Source of the DNA: Amoebidium appalachense
Taxonomy: Eukaryota > Protista > Ichthyosporea
Direction of reading: 5' to 3'
Length of the DNA stretch: 64,000 nt
NCBI GenBank assembly: GCA_963693365.1
Contig: CAVNZM010000016.1
Coordinates: 4,057,957 to 4,121,956, forward strand
Below are positions 1-12,711 of the stretch, piece by piece; position 1 is the first letter of the stretch; the number at the start of each line of letters is the position of its first letter. The position numbers and the translations under genes were made by a program. The notes under the pieces were generated by a model. That model was not told where the DNA came from and made no database searches. It was given only the letters and a program-made list of their open reading frames with translations.

Positions 1-35
1 GTTCGGGGTTTACACACTTTTTATTGCGTGGACAC

Positions 36-49
36 TGCCGGAGGTGGGC
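36..49 (+). repeat. Left target-site duplication of the LINE (TGCCGGAGGTGGGC)
   Basis: Exact copy at 13039-13052, directly after the A-tail. Confidence 0.85.
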
Positions 50-769
50 ACATATGCCAGCTCTGAAATTTAGGTACTGGTATTGTCATTATCATCTCTA
101 TAACATAACATATATTATCATTTATTGCTACAAGCTCAGGTCAGTCGCACCATGTCCGGCTCCCGATCACATCAAAACCACATGTAATCGGTGATTAGGC
201 TGCATGATTCTGCAAATTCCGCATTAAGTCAACCAATAGGCACATTAGACCGCACCAGAACCCATAGAGATGACCAATCAGAGTAGACATTCCGCGCATT
301 TTTGTCAGGTTAAAATTTAAGTAGCACAGGTCGCCACGAAAACTGGTCGGAAACACGTGAAAACGTGTTTTCTAGCTCCTCTAGTCCAACGGAGAACTCC
401 TAGCACACCTAACAGCCGGGCCCAGAAAAACTCAAGCGGATAGAGGTACACGTTAGCTACAGGGGACACTAAAAGCCGTCCCCGTAGGCCGGCGGGCACG
501 GGAGTTACGCGCCGGAAAGGAGCCCCCCCTTTTTTTTCCCTGCACTTGACACAAAACCAACGTTTCCTCTTTCAGTGGTAGTGACCTTTGTCTGGGGGGA
601 AAAACATTAACGGCACAGAATTCACACACACAGTAGCAGAGTAGAACGCGCACAGAGTAGCCGTATCCACAGATACCAGCATCCTGCACTCACCCTTTTC
701 GCACACACAAAGTCAACAACCATCTAGCAAATAAACGCTACCCAAAACATAGCTGCACCCACCCCTACC

Positions 770-3234
770 ATGGAAAACCACATGGAGCTAGACGGGGACA
801 CGTCCCTCACTGCAATATCCACCTTAAACCCACCCACACCCAATCACACGAATAGGGCAACCGAGTCGGTAGAAACCACACAACCGATGGGGGAAAGCAT
901 GGGGGTGGGAGCGAACCCTCATCATCCCCCGGGCTCTGGAGGAAACGAGCGCTTGTCGGGCAAAAGAGGAAAGGAGGAAACAGAGGAGATGGAGAGGTCT
1001 ACCTCACGCAGGACGGACTATGCCATACCAGGTAAAACTAACGCCCCCACCCTTTCCATACTGTGTCCCCTGCCAGCAGACGACGGACACTCTGAAGCGG
1101 GCTGGTTGGCTCGGGTGTATGACTTCGTCAGCACCCAGAACCTAGCAAACAGGTACCTGGTGCACAACCGAAACCAACGGGGCATAGAGATCATGGTAGG
1201 CACAGAAGCAGAGTGGGAGGCACTAGTCACAGCACTGGTGGGGGAGGGCATTTTACCTGCCCCCCCACCCCACCCCTCCATCCGCCCGAACCCCACACGG
1301 TACATGGTCCTAATCCCGAATAGAACGGTAGAAACGTGCAATTTTCCGAGGATAGGACGAGCAAGTGACGTGGCAACCGTGCTATATGCCATAGACCTTC
1401 ACCCAGTGACCGTAACCTGGCTCCCCCCAAACCCCAACTTCCGTATCGCCAGGGAGCACTGGGCGTATGAGGGTAATTATGAGGTGGTTTTTCCGGACGA
1501 CGAACACCATAGGAAACGCATAATAAATCTCCGAGAACACTTTAGGGTCAACCGGACCTCTCTAGTGGAGGAAACATACATGACGGCGGCCCCTGCAATG
1601 CACAGGCACCGGGCCTGGGCTATCACCACACCCGGCTTAAACGAGGACACACGCCCCCCCCATCTCGAGGGGTACGATCATCGCCTCTATGAGAACACCA
1701 ACCCCACCCCCCGTGTGGTGGACACCCCTCCCGAGTGGCCCCAGGCCCGACCCTTTCCGACACAGGAGGGGGGGGGAGGAGTCAGAGGCAGTTCTGTTGC
1801 TAATCCCCATCCCACAGTCTCACATGTGTGGGTTGTGTTGGGAGCAATCCCACAAACTAACAGACACAGAGTGCCCGTTTGTTCAGTGCCTAACCTGTCG
1901 GGAGGTGGGGCACGAACCGGATGAGTGCCCCAAAAACCGCACCAGCTGTCCGTACTGTAACCGGCCGTTACACGTACACGGAAACCCCAGTAACCCCATC
2001 GCCACATGCCTGCAACGCCGCCGAAACTGCGGTAACTGTGGGGAACTGGGCCACCCCGCATATAAATGCCAACGGAAACCCCTTTTCGCACCGGGTATTA
2101 TCGTGTTGGTGGGCTTGAGTAGTCTAGACCCACCTGACGACTCTTTCTTCGCCACCGTGATTGAGTGGCGGGACTATGTACACGTCCAGGCACTCCGCCA
2201 GGCACTCACTGGCACGTACTCCGGCCTTGGCCCCCCCGGGGAGGGGGCCACCCGGGGAAGGTAGAGCCGGCAGAGCCCCAGAGGTGAATAAGTGTAGGGT
2301 CACAGGGCACCACTTCATCACCATGCCCATCCCCGTAAGCCACACGGACTACCCATACCTCCGGGACCACCCGGAGGGAATACTTCTGTCGTTTAATACC
2401 GGGGCACCAAGCCCCCGCGAATACACAGTACGTGCCCGCCTCACCACCGTGGACAGGGCGACCGTGCTCCTCGACCACCCGCGGCTAGGGCAGAGCACAC
2501 ATCCCACAGACAACACACCACCACTCGAGGCCCCAGACGAAGACGACCAATCATTGGCCTCCGCGCCGTCGCACCAGCCCTACCAGGCCCCGTCCCCACC
2601 TCCGCCGGTGTCGCCCACAGGGGACCCCGTGGCGGACCTGACGGCTCGAGTAAACCGGCACGAACTACAGTTGGCCAGCCAGGGGGCCACCATACACAAC
2701 GTGCACCGTGAGGTGCAGGATACGACTGCCCAGCTGAGGGGTATGGAGCAGTCGATGGTTAGCATGCTCGAACGGCTAGGGGACCGCCTTGCCCTCACAC
2801 TGGAAGCCCGTTTGGGCGGGGCTAGGGGGGGGGGAGGGGGGAGGGGGGGAGAGCACTCTACCCCAGAGACCCGAGACCCCCAAGCCACCGAGCCATTGAG
2901 GCCCACAGAGGCACAACACCCCAACAGCGGCGCCCCCCCCAACCAAGGCGGGGGCCCCCAGGGGCCCCCTCACAACGCCAACCCACACAGCCCACACGCC
3001 CATCCACACCACACAGGTCCTCGGTTAACTCGACACGGGGAACTGACCAAGGTGCCCGTCCCCCATCGCATGGGGACGGGCAGGCATAATGCCGACCCCA
3101 TCCCCCCCGCCCGGACACCCGGCGCCGGCAAAGGGGGTAGCGCCCGACACCACACAAACACTCGGCACGGCGCAAAGTCCGGGTCCAGAGGCCACAGACA
3201 TGATCCACCAGAACACAGCCCTGGAAGCACTTGA
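770..3234 (+). CDS. LINE ORF1 (gag-like nucleic-acid chaperone), split by two frameshifts at homopolymers
   Basis: The 770-1924 frame shifts near the G-run at ~1768-1778 into the 1689-2264 frame. That frame has CX2CX4HX4C knuckles (CLTCREVGHEPDEC, CGNCGELGHPAYKC, plus two variants). A second shift near the C-run at ~2231-2237 enters the 2161-3234 frame, with a coiled-coil-like stretch (VADLTARVNRHELQL...MLERL). Joining the pieces is inference. Confidence 0.75.
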
Positions 3235-3393
3235 AGGGGAGCTAGTCTCGCCCATCAACCACGCAAATTTACCACCAGCCAAACCACACAGCCACCTTCG
3301 GATTGGAACTTTAAACCTGGCCGGACCTACCACTCGTACCGGCCAGGACAAGATCGTCGAGGCAGCCAGGTGGGCTGCCTTTGCAGACATGCT
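3200..3393 (+). pseudogene. ORF2 N-terminus: remnant of the apurinic-like (APE/EEP) endonuclease
   Basis: LRIGTLNLAG (3296-3325) matches the first beta-strand motif (LRIxTxNVxG) of LINE APE endonucleases. Later motifs (LQET, GDFN, SDH) are absent because the tandem array starts at ~3394. Confidence 0.65.
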
Positions 3394-6300
3394 CCGGCCG
3401 GCCGGCCCAACACGAGCCACCCAGCCGACAGCACAAACAGGAGCCACCAAGCCAGCAGCAGCAGCCAAAGGCTGCAGCCCCAGCAGGCAGCCCACACCGG
3501 CAGTCACAGCAGGGGCCACCCACCCTGCAGGCCCCGCCTGGGCCACCCAGCCAGCAGCAACCGACCACACCCACACTGCACCAGCTGCCTGCGGCAGCAG
3601 ATTGCAGCCCCGGCCGGACGGCCCAGCACGGGCCACCCAGCCGACAGCACGAACAGGAGCCACCAAGCCAGCAGCAGCAGCCGCAGGCTGCAGACCCTGC
3701 CGGCAGCCCACACCGGCAGCCACAGCAGGGGCCACCCAGCCTGCAGGCCCTGCCAGGGCCACCCAACCAGCAGCAACCGACCCCACCCACACTGCAGCAG
3801 CTGCCTGCAGCAGCAGTTTGCAGCCCCGGCCAGCCGGCCCAGCACGGCCCACCCAGCCGACAGTACCAACAGGAGCCACCACGCCAGCAGCAGGAGCCTC
3901 AGGTTGCAGCCCTAGCAGGCAGCCCACACCGGCAGCCACCGCAGGGGCCACCCAGCCTGCAGGGCCTGCATGGGCCACCCGGCCAGCAGCAACAAACCAC
4001 ACCCACCCGGCAGCAACTGCCTGCAGCAGCAGATTGCAGCCCCACCCAGCAGCACCAACCCACACCCACTTTGCTGCATCGGCCTGCCGCTGCCCCAGCA
4101 GACAGCCCCGGCCGGCAGGACAAGCATGGGCCACCCAGTCGCCAGCACCAACAGGAGCCACCAAGCCAGCAACAGCAGCCTCAGGCTGCAGCCCCCGCCA
4201 GCAGCCCACAACAGGGGCCACCCAGCCTGAAGGCCCTGCATGGGCCACCCAGCCAGCAGCAACCGATCACATCTACACTGCAGCAGCTGCCTGCAGCAGC
4301 AGATTGCAGCCCCGGCCGGCCGGCCCAGCACGGGCCACCCAGCCGACAGTACAAACAGGAGCCACCAAGCCAGCAGCAGCCGCCGCAGGCTGTAGCCCCA
4401 GCAGGCAGCCCTCACCGGCAGCCACAGCAGGGGCCACCCAGCCTGCAGGCCCTGCCAGGGCCACCCAGCCAGCAACAACCGACCACACCTACACTGCAGC
4501 AGCTGCCTGCAGCGGCGGCGTGCAGCCCCGGCCGGCCGGCCCAGCACGGGCCACCCAGCCGACAGCACCAACAGGAGCCACCCCGCCAGCAACAGCAGCC
4601 TCAGGCTGCAGACCCAGCAGGCAGCCCACACCTGCAGCCACAGCAGGGGCCACCCAGCCTGCAGGCCCTGCCAGAACAACCCAGCCAGCAGCAACCGACC
4701 ACACCCACACGGCAGCAGCAGCAGGTAGCAGACTGCAACCCCAGCCGGCAGGCCCAAGACGGGCCATCCAGCCGACAGCACCGACAGGAGCCGCCAAACC
4801 AGCAGCAGCAGCCTCAGGCGGCAGCCCCAGCAGGCAGCCCACACCGGCAGCCTCAGCAGGGGCCACCCAGCCTGCAGGCCCTGCCAGGGCCACCCAGCCA
4901 GCAACAACCGACCACACCCACACTGCAGCAGCCGCCTGCAGCAGCAGCGTGCAGCCCCGGCCGGCAGGCCCAGCACGGGCCACCCAACCAACAGGAGCCA
5001 CCCAGCCAGCAGCAGCAGCCTCAGGCTGTAGCCCCAGCAGGCAGCCCACACCGGCAGCCACAGCAGGGGCCACCCAGCCTGCAGGCCCTGCCAGGGTCAC
5101 CCAGCCAGCAGCAACCGACCACACCCACAATGCAGCGGCGGCCTACAGTAGCAGATTGCAGCCCCGGCCGGCCGGCCCAGCACGGGCCACCCAGCCGACA
5201 GTACCAACAGGAGCCACCAAGCCAGCAGCAGCCGCCGCAGGCTGCAGCCCCAGCAGGCAGCCCTCACCGGCAGCCACAGCAGGGGCCACCCAGCCTGCAG
5301 GCCCTGCCAGGGCCACCCAGCCAGCAACAACCGACCACACCTACACTGCAGCAGCTGCCTGCAGCGGCGGCGTGCAGCCCCGGCCGGCCGGCCCAGCACG
5401 GGCCACCCAGCCGACAGCACCAACAGGAGCCACCCCGCCAGCAACAGCAGCCTCAGGCTGCAGACCCAGCAGGCAGCCCACACCTGCAGCCACAGCAGGG
5501 GCCACCCAGCCTGCAGGCCCTGCCAGAACAACCCAGCCAGCAGCAACCGACCACACCCACACGGCAGCAGCAGCAGGTAGCAGACTGCAACCCCAGCCGG
5601 CAGGCCCAAGACGGGCCATCCAGCCGACAGCACCGACAGGAGCCGCCAAACCAGCAGCAGCAGCCTCAGGCGGCAGCCCCAGCAGGCAGCCCACACCGGC
5701 AGCCTCAGCAGGGGCCACCCAGCCTGCAGGCCCTGCCAGGGCCACCCAGCCAGCAACAACCGACCACACCCACACTGCAGCAGCCGCCTGCAGCAGCAGC
5801 GTGCAGCCCCGGCCGGCAGGCCCAGCACGGGCCACCCAACCAACAGGAGCCACCCAGCCAGCAGCAGCAGCCTCAGGCTGTAGCCCCAGCAGGCAGCCCA
5901 CACCGGCAGCCACAGCAGGGGCCACCCAGCCTGCAGGCCCTGACAGGGTCACCCAGCCAGCAGCAACCGACCACACCCACAATGCAGCGGCGGCCTACAG
6001 TAGCAGATTGCAGCCCCGGCCGGCCGGCCCAGCACGGGCCACCCAGCCGACAGTACCAACAGGAGCCACCAAGCCAGCAGCAGCCGCCGCAGGCTGTAGC
6101 CCCAGCAGGCAGCCCTCACCGGCAGCCACAGCAGGGGCCACCCAGCCTGCAGGCCCTGCCAGGGCCACCCAGCCAGCAACAACCGACCACACCTACACTG
6201 CAGCAGCTGCCTGCAGCGGCGGCGTGCAGCCCCGGCCGGCCGGCCCAGCACGGGCCACCCAGCCGACAGCACCAACAGGAGCCACCCCGCCAGCAACAGC

Positions 6301-7985
6301 AGCCTCAGGCTGCAGACCCAGCAGGCAGCCCACACCTGCAGCCACAGCAGGGGCCACCCAGCCTGCAGGCCCTGCCAGAACAACCCAGCCAGCAGCAACC
6401 GACCACACCCACACGGCAGCAGCAGCAGGTAGCAGACTGCAACCCCAGCCGGCAGGCCCAGGACGGGCCATCCAGCCGACAGCACCGACAGGAGCCGCCA
6501 AACCAGCAGCAGCAGCCTCAGGCGGCAGCCCCAGCAGGCAGCCCACACCGGCAGCCTCAGCAGGGGCCACCCAGCCTGCAGGCCCTGCCAGGGCCACCTG
6601 GCCGGCAACAACCGACCACACCCACACTGCAGCAGCTGCCTGCAGAAGCGGAGGGTAACCCCGGCCGGCAGGCCCAGCACGGGTCACCCAGCCGACAGCA
6701 CCAGCAGGAGGCACCCAGCTGGCAGCAGCAGATTCAGGCTGTAGTCCCAACAAGCAGCCCACAACGGCAGCCACAGCAGGGGCCACCCAGCCTGCAGGCC
6801 CTGCCAGGGCCACCCAACCAGCAACAACCGACCACACCCACACCGCAGCAGCCGCCTGCAGCAGCGACGGGCAGCTCCGGCCGGCAGGCCCAGCACGGGC
6901 CACCCAGCCGACAGCACCAACAGGAGCCACCCAGTCAGCAGCAGCAGCCTCAGGCTGCAGCCTCAGCGGGCAGCCCACACCGGCAGCCACAGCAAGGGCC
7001 ACCCAGCCTGCAGGCCCTGCCAGGGTCACCCAGCCAGCAGCAAACGACCACACCCACACTGCAGTGGCTGCCTGCAGCAGCAGATTGCAGCCCCGGCCGG
7101 CCGGCCCAGCGCGGGCCACCCAGCGGACGGCACAAACAGGAGCCACCAAGCGAGCAGCAGCAGCCACAGGCTGCAGCCCCAGCAGGCAGCCCACACCGGC
7201 AGTCACAGCAGGGGCCACCCAGCCTGCAGGCCCCGCCAAGGCCACCCAGCCAGCAGCAACCGACCACACCCCCACTGCACCAGCTGCCGCATGATCGCAG
7301 CCCCGGCCGGCCGGCCCAGCACGGGCCACCCAGCCGACAGCACGAACAGGAGCCTCCAAGCCAGCAGCAGCAGCCTCAGGCTGCAGCCCCAGCAGGCAGC
7401 CCACACCGGCAGCCACAGCAGGGGCCACCCAGCCAGCAGCAACCGACCCCACCCACACTGCAGCAGCTGCCTGCAGCAGCAGTGTGCAGCCCCGGCCGGC
7501 CGGCCCAGCACGGCCCCCCCAGCCGACAGTACCAACAGGAGCCACCAAGCCAGCAGCAGCAGCCTCAGGCTGCAGCCCTAGCAGGCAGCCCACACCGGCA
7601 GCCACAGCAGGGGCCGCCCAGCCTGCAGGCCCTGCATGGGCTACCCGGCCAGCAGCAACAAATCACACCCACACTGCAGCAGCTGCATGCAGCAGCAGAT
7701 TGCAGCCCCGGCCGGCAGGCCCAGCACGGGCCACCCAGCCGACAGCACCAACAGGAGCAACCAAGCCAGCAGCAGCAGCCGCAGGCTGAAGCCCAAGCAG
7801 GCAGCCCACACCGGCAGCCAAAGCAGGGGCCACCCCGCCTGCAGACCCTGCCAGGGCCACCCACGGGCAACCAACAGCTACAGACCACACCCACGCAGCC
7901 GCAACGGCCCACAGCAGCAGAGTGCAACCCTGGCCAGCAGGCGCGGCACGGGTCACCCACCCTGCAGCAGCACCCCACCCCCCCA
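3394..7985 (+). repeat. GC/CAG-rich tandem array, ~21 units of ~216 bp, with an 852-bp higher-order repeat at ~4310-6600
   Basis: In the RT frame the unit translates as 72 aa (SPGRPAQHGPPSRQHQQEPPSQQQQPQ...AAADC). Near-identical reverse-strand ORFs at 4489-5130 and 5341-5982 are offset by exactly 852 bp. The sub-motif GGGCCACCCAGCC recurs several times per unit. Confidence 0.95.
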
Positions 7986-10900
7986 GCAGCCCACCTGTCT
8001 CAGACAGGGAGGCAGTGGGAGGAGTGGGAGGCAACCATGCGGGAGCAACTACAACTATACAGGTCCCAACTCCGAAGGAAACGGCAAAAACTCCTTTGGT
8101 TACGGGCAACAGCAGCAGCAGAAGCACGGTGCAAGCGTATGGTGGACGAACTCCGGCGAGCACTAAGCAGCATTTTAGACCGGGGGAGTGTGAACGTCTC
8201 GGCTACGTTAGTCAAGCACGTCACCCCAACGGGCACTGAGTACCTCACGGAGTGGGCTGACACGGAGCCCGTCATTCGTGAAACTTATCACCGGTGGACG
8301 GCCCGCAGGAACCCACACATCGAGGAGATGCTCGCCGACCCAATGTGGGCCGACATCTATCGACCGATCCCCCCCGAAGACTCCCCATTAGGGTCTATAA
8401 TGCACCCGGCCACCCACGACGAGCTCCAACAGATCGTCCAAAGCCGACAGGGGGGGAAGGCCCCCGGCCCAACGGAAATCCAGTACGAATACTTCCAACA
8501 CCTGGGGCCAAAGGGGCTAGCATGGCTCCTACATATCATCAACGGATGTCTGGCCACGGGGACCACACCGAGGTCATGGCTGCACCACACCATCCATCCC
8601 CTACCGAAAGGGGAATGGGAAGGTGACTTCGACAAAACCCGACCGATAGCACTCTTGGAAACGGCACGGAAGCTGCTAGAATCGGTCATCAACCAGCGCC
8701 TACTCTCGATCTTCCGGCAGTACCCCACCCTCCTCCCGGGGGGGAATTTTGGGTTCGTGCCGGGCCCGGGTATCGACGGGGCGCTGGCTATCATCCGAGA
8801 GACGATAGAGGATGCCATAGACCACGACCAGGAACTATGGATCGTCCAACAGGACATTAAGAGGGCATATGACACGGTGTCTTGGCCCTCGGTGGAACTG
8901 GGGCTCACCCGCCTGGGCACAGACCCCCAGCTAATCACCCTCCTCCGGCACATGTGGCACAGTCGTACGGCCACGGTGTGCACAGACCAGGGGCACACTG
9001 AGTCTTTCCCTGTTGAAAACGGCCTGGCCCAAGGGGCTGTCCTCTCCCCCATTCTGTGGATTATATTCTACGATCCAGTTTTAACAGCCATCAAAAGGCG
9101 CGGCAAGGGGTACACTTTCCACCTACCCCCACAGACACAGCACCACACACCGGCACAAACACCCCCGTGTGTGACGTCTGTAGCTTTCGCCGACGACACA
9201 ACATGGTTTGGCCCCAACAAGGAGAGCATCCAGCAAACTCTCGATTTATCTGCCCCCTTTTTTTATTACCATGACTTGGAACCACACCCAGACAAGTTTT
9301 CAGTCCTCGCCCGTGGTACCCCAACACGGGCAACAGTGGCCCCCATGCAGTACCGCAAATCCCCGGGAGCACCACCCCTACCCATTCAGATCGAGCTCCC
9401 CGATGCAAACATCAGAGTGCTAGGGGTCAACATCACCCTCCAACGACACACCCGGCCCAACGATGGGAAGGCCATGCAGCTGACATTACGGGCCACCACC
9501 ATACTAGCCCGTAAAATGCTGGCACCCAGCCAAGTGATCTACGTAGCCAACAGTGTGGTGGCCCCGGCCATCCTCTTCCTCCTCAAAGGGTCAGTCATCA
9601 GCAACACCACCATGCAGGCAATCGACAGCAAGTGGAGAGACCTACTCCGTCGGAAGTGTGGTTTCCACCGGAGCACCCCCGTCCGGGCTGCTACACCATC
9701 CCACTCTAGGGGGACTGGCCAGCATCGTCGAATCAGCAGCCAGCACCATGGTTACGGAGCTGTGTGCCCTGCTGGAAACACCAGGACCAGCAGGGGACGT
9801 GGTCCGGTACCGAGCCTGGCAGCAGCAACACGCGACAGGCCTACCCTACCCACCCCTGCAAGCACCCCCAGCCAAACTTTACAGGCTAGGGGGAAAGCAG
9901 CTCCACAACTATTGGGCCCATATCACGGGGATCCTTCACGAGCGGCACCTGAGTCTTGGGGAAACCCCTCCCCAAAAAACACAAGCACCCCCCACCCCAC
10001 CCCCCCCCCTCCCCCCAAGGAGAAGGAGGGGAAGCAGCAACAACAACCAGCACCCCTATCAACACCGTTTTCCCGGACCACACCTTTGCGGCCCACATCG
10101 GCCCCCACACACACCCCCGTCAACTCTACACGGTGGAGGACACCATGGTACGGCCGGGGGTGTTCCGGGCGTTCCCCGAACTGCCCCACCCCCCAGACCT
10201 ACTACACCCGGGAGCTACACAGTGGTACAGGTCCATCATCAAGGGGGCCATCCCCATCGCAGACAAACTACGGCCAGCACCCAGACCACACACCCACCAC
10301 ACCATTGACCTCGTGCCAAACCACCCCGTCGGTGCATTCGTGGTGGAAATAGTCAAGAACGGGCAATACGAACTCAGCCAGGTGGTGGCCCACACCACCC
10401 ACAACGGGGAGGCTTGGGTCAAAATAGCCCATCTACGGGACAACACAGAGGAGGAGGGGCTGAGATGGCACCGACCCACGTGGAACGACCCACATGGAAC
10501 AGCCCATTTCCGCTTTTGCCCTGGTGACTGCAAATACGGCCACTCCCCATGGAACCTAGCCTACACCCCGGCCACCCTCTCCCCCAACCCCGGGTACGCA
10601 GACGGAGAGGGGGAAGGGTTAGACACGGAGCCAGAATCGGAGTCGACGGGGCCCAGCGACGACTCCGACGACTCAGAGGACTCTAACACCGACAGCACCA
10701 ACAGCAAATACGAGCCCCCTGAGCCCCCAGCCGATAATCACACCCACAACAAGCAGTGTGTGGGGTGGACCCGTGCTGTGGAGGTGATACGGGCAGACCC
10801 CTACGTGGCCTTCAAGACCCGAATCACCACCCACATGGTAGTCCCGAAGTACCACAAGGACTTCATCAACACCGACAGTATCGACATCTACCAAGTCATC

Positions 10901-12711
10901 GCACTGAAGGATGGCTCCGATCCGGCCGAGCAGTGGAGGAAGATACACCATTTCCGGCGGCATCTTCCCCCCCACCAACAGGCATCACCCCAGATGCTCC
11001 ACCTGCAAGCCAACGAGGAAGCCACACCCTTACCGGGGGACCTCCCCGGCCCACCCCCCCCCCAGCAGCCACCACCGGTAGGGTCACCACCAGGACACAA
11101 GTGCACGGCCCACCCGGCTGACCTGCCGAGCCCACCCACTCCCCGTAGGCTCACCTACACCGACTTGGTGCCCCAGGCCACCTATGACGAGTGGCAGCAG
11201 CAAATCACCCTGATCCCCCCAGACCAACCGATCACCGTTTATACGGACGGCAGCCTCATCCACCCGGGCAGGAGGATAGCCCAGGCCGGAGCCGGGGCGG
11301 CACTGGATACCCCGGACCGGAAAGCACCTCCAGTGACGGCCAAGACCAGGCTCCATACGGCCCTATCATCCACCCAAGCCGAACTCACAGGGGTACTACT
11401 AGCCCTCCTGCTCACCCCCACCACCACCCCCATCCACATCAAGCTCGATAACCTCGGAGTAGTCGACCGATGGACGGCAAATATAGACCCCACCACACCC
11501 CCTTGACGCAAGCTAAAGTTCCCCCACATAGTGGAATGGGCTCACGTACGAGACCAACTCTCTCTCCGGCAACCAGGCTCTGTACAGGTATCGTGGGTGA
11601 AGGGGCACCAATCCAACACCAAACGGTACGGTCAACGGAATAACGAGGCAGACAAGGCAGCCAATGCAGGAAGAGTCCTCCCCCTCCCCCCCCCCCCTAC
11701 CTCCGGCCCCGGGGGGGGGGGGGGAAATACTTCCTACGACTACAAGGCCACCGTATCCCCGGCAACATTCCCGGTACACTGAACCGGTTGAACAAGGACT
11801 TCCTCACCGACATGGCCGGCAAGACCAAGGCTATGTCCATACTAGCCGACCCCAGACTGCTCCCAGCCGAACGGAACCCCCTCAAGCTCAACAAGGGGCC
11901 CACACAGGCAACCATCGGGGCAGTCAGAGGAAACACTCGTAGCCTGTCCCTGGCCATGGGCACCCTGCCTACCATGGCACGGCTACACCGAGATCACCCC
12001 ACCGTCGTTACACAGCCCACATGATGCCCCCGGTGCAGCCAGCACCCTGAGACCACCACCCACCTCTGGGCCTGCCCGGCCCATGCCGGGGAAGTCCCCA
12101 CCCTGACCACCGCCATCACAGCCTGCATCCACAACGTCCTGCACACTCGTCATCCAAACACCCCCACGGCACAGCACCACCATACGGCAGCCACGGTGGT
12201 AGACCAATGTGCATGGATAAACTGGATAGGAGGCAACGGTGACCCACCTGACCCCGAAGACACCAAGTGGGTCGAACGGGGATTCTGCCCACGATCGGCG
12301 GGCCCACTACTTGCAGCCACCGGCACCACCAAGACCACCACCCGGGCCATCTTAGGAAAAATCACAGTAGAGTTGCAATCCTTTTTCTTTGCAAAAATTT
12401 GGCACCCACGGAACACAACACTCCCCCCCACCCACCCTAAAATGCAAAAACACCACCATATACCCACCACCCGTAGAAAGAAAAGTATGGCTCTCCAAAA
12501 ACCCAAAAAACCAACAAATACACCCCCCACACACACCCGGCCGGCCTGTTCTGAATGCCGGAACACCCACAGACCCGGTGTGCCCTGTAAAACCCACCTT
12601 TTAGTCCACAAATACATCGCCACAACATACGTACACCAACACATAATGTTAGGCAGCAACCCCCCACCACCACCACCACCACACCCCATCATCCACCCAT
12701 ACCCACCGTAA
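7986..12711 (+). CDS. LINE ORF2 remainder: linker, reverse transcriptase (~8410-9440), RNase H (~11231-11671) and C-terminal CCHC; frameshifted, with two in-frame TGA stops
   Basis: RT motifs KAPGP, TRPIALLETARKL, QDIKRAYDTV, GLAQGAVLSPILW and AFADD (FADD at 9186-9197). RNase H motifs YTDGS, SSTQAEL, KLDN, WVKGH, NNEADKAA. CPRCSQHPETTTHLWAC follows the TGA at 12022. Frame switches at ~9686, ~10010 and ~11700; TGA stops at 11504 and 12022. Confidence 0.9.

Noticed and set aside
3394-7985. Array next to an RT read as a CRISPR-, retron- or DGR-like system
   Set aside because: Units are homologous along their whole length with no unique spacers or template/variable pair, and the RT is a non-LTR type in a eukaryotic context.
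3025-8166. Long reverse-strand ORFs across the array
   Set aside because: They are shadows of the repeat composition and are interrupted periodically by stops.
11504-12024. TGA readthrough or an alternative genetic code
   Set aside because: Host exons need no TGA reassignment, and point mutation in a decaying element is the simpler explanation.
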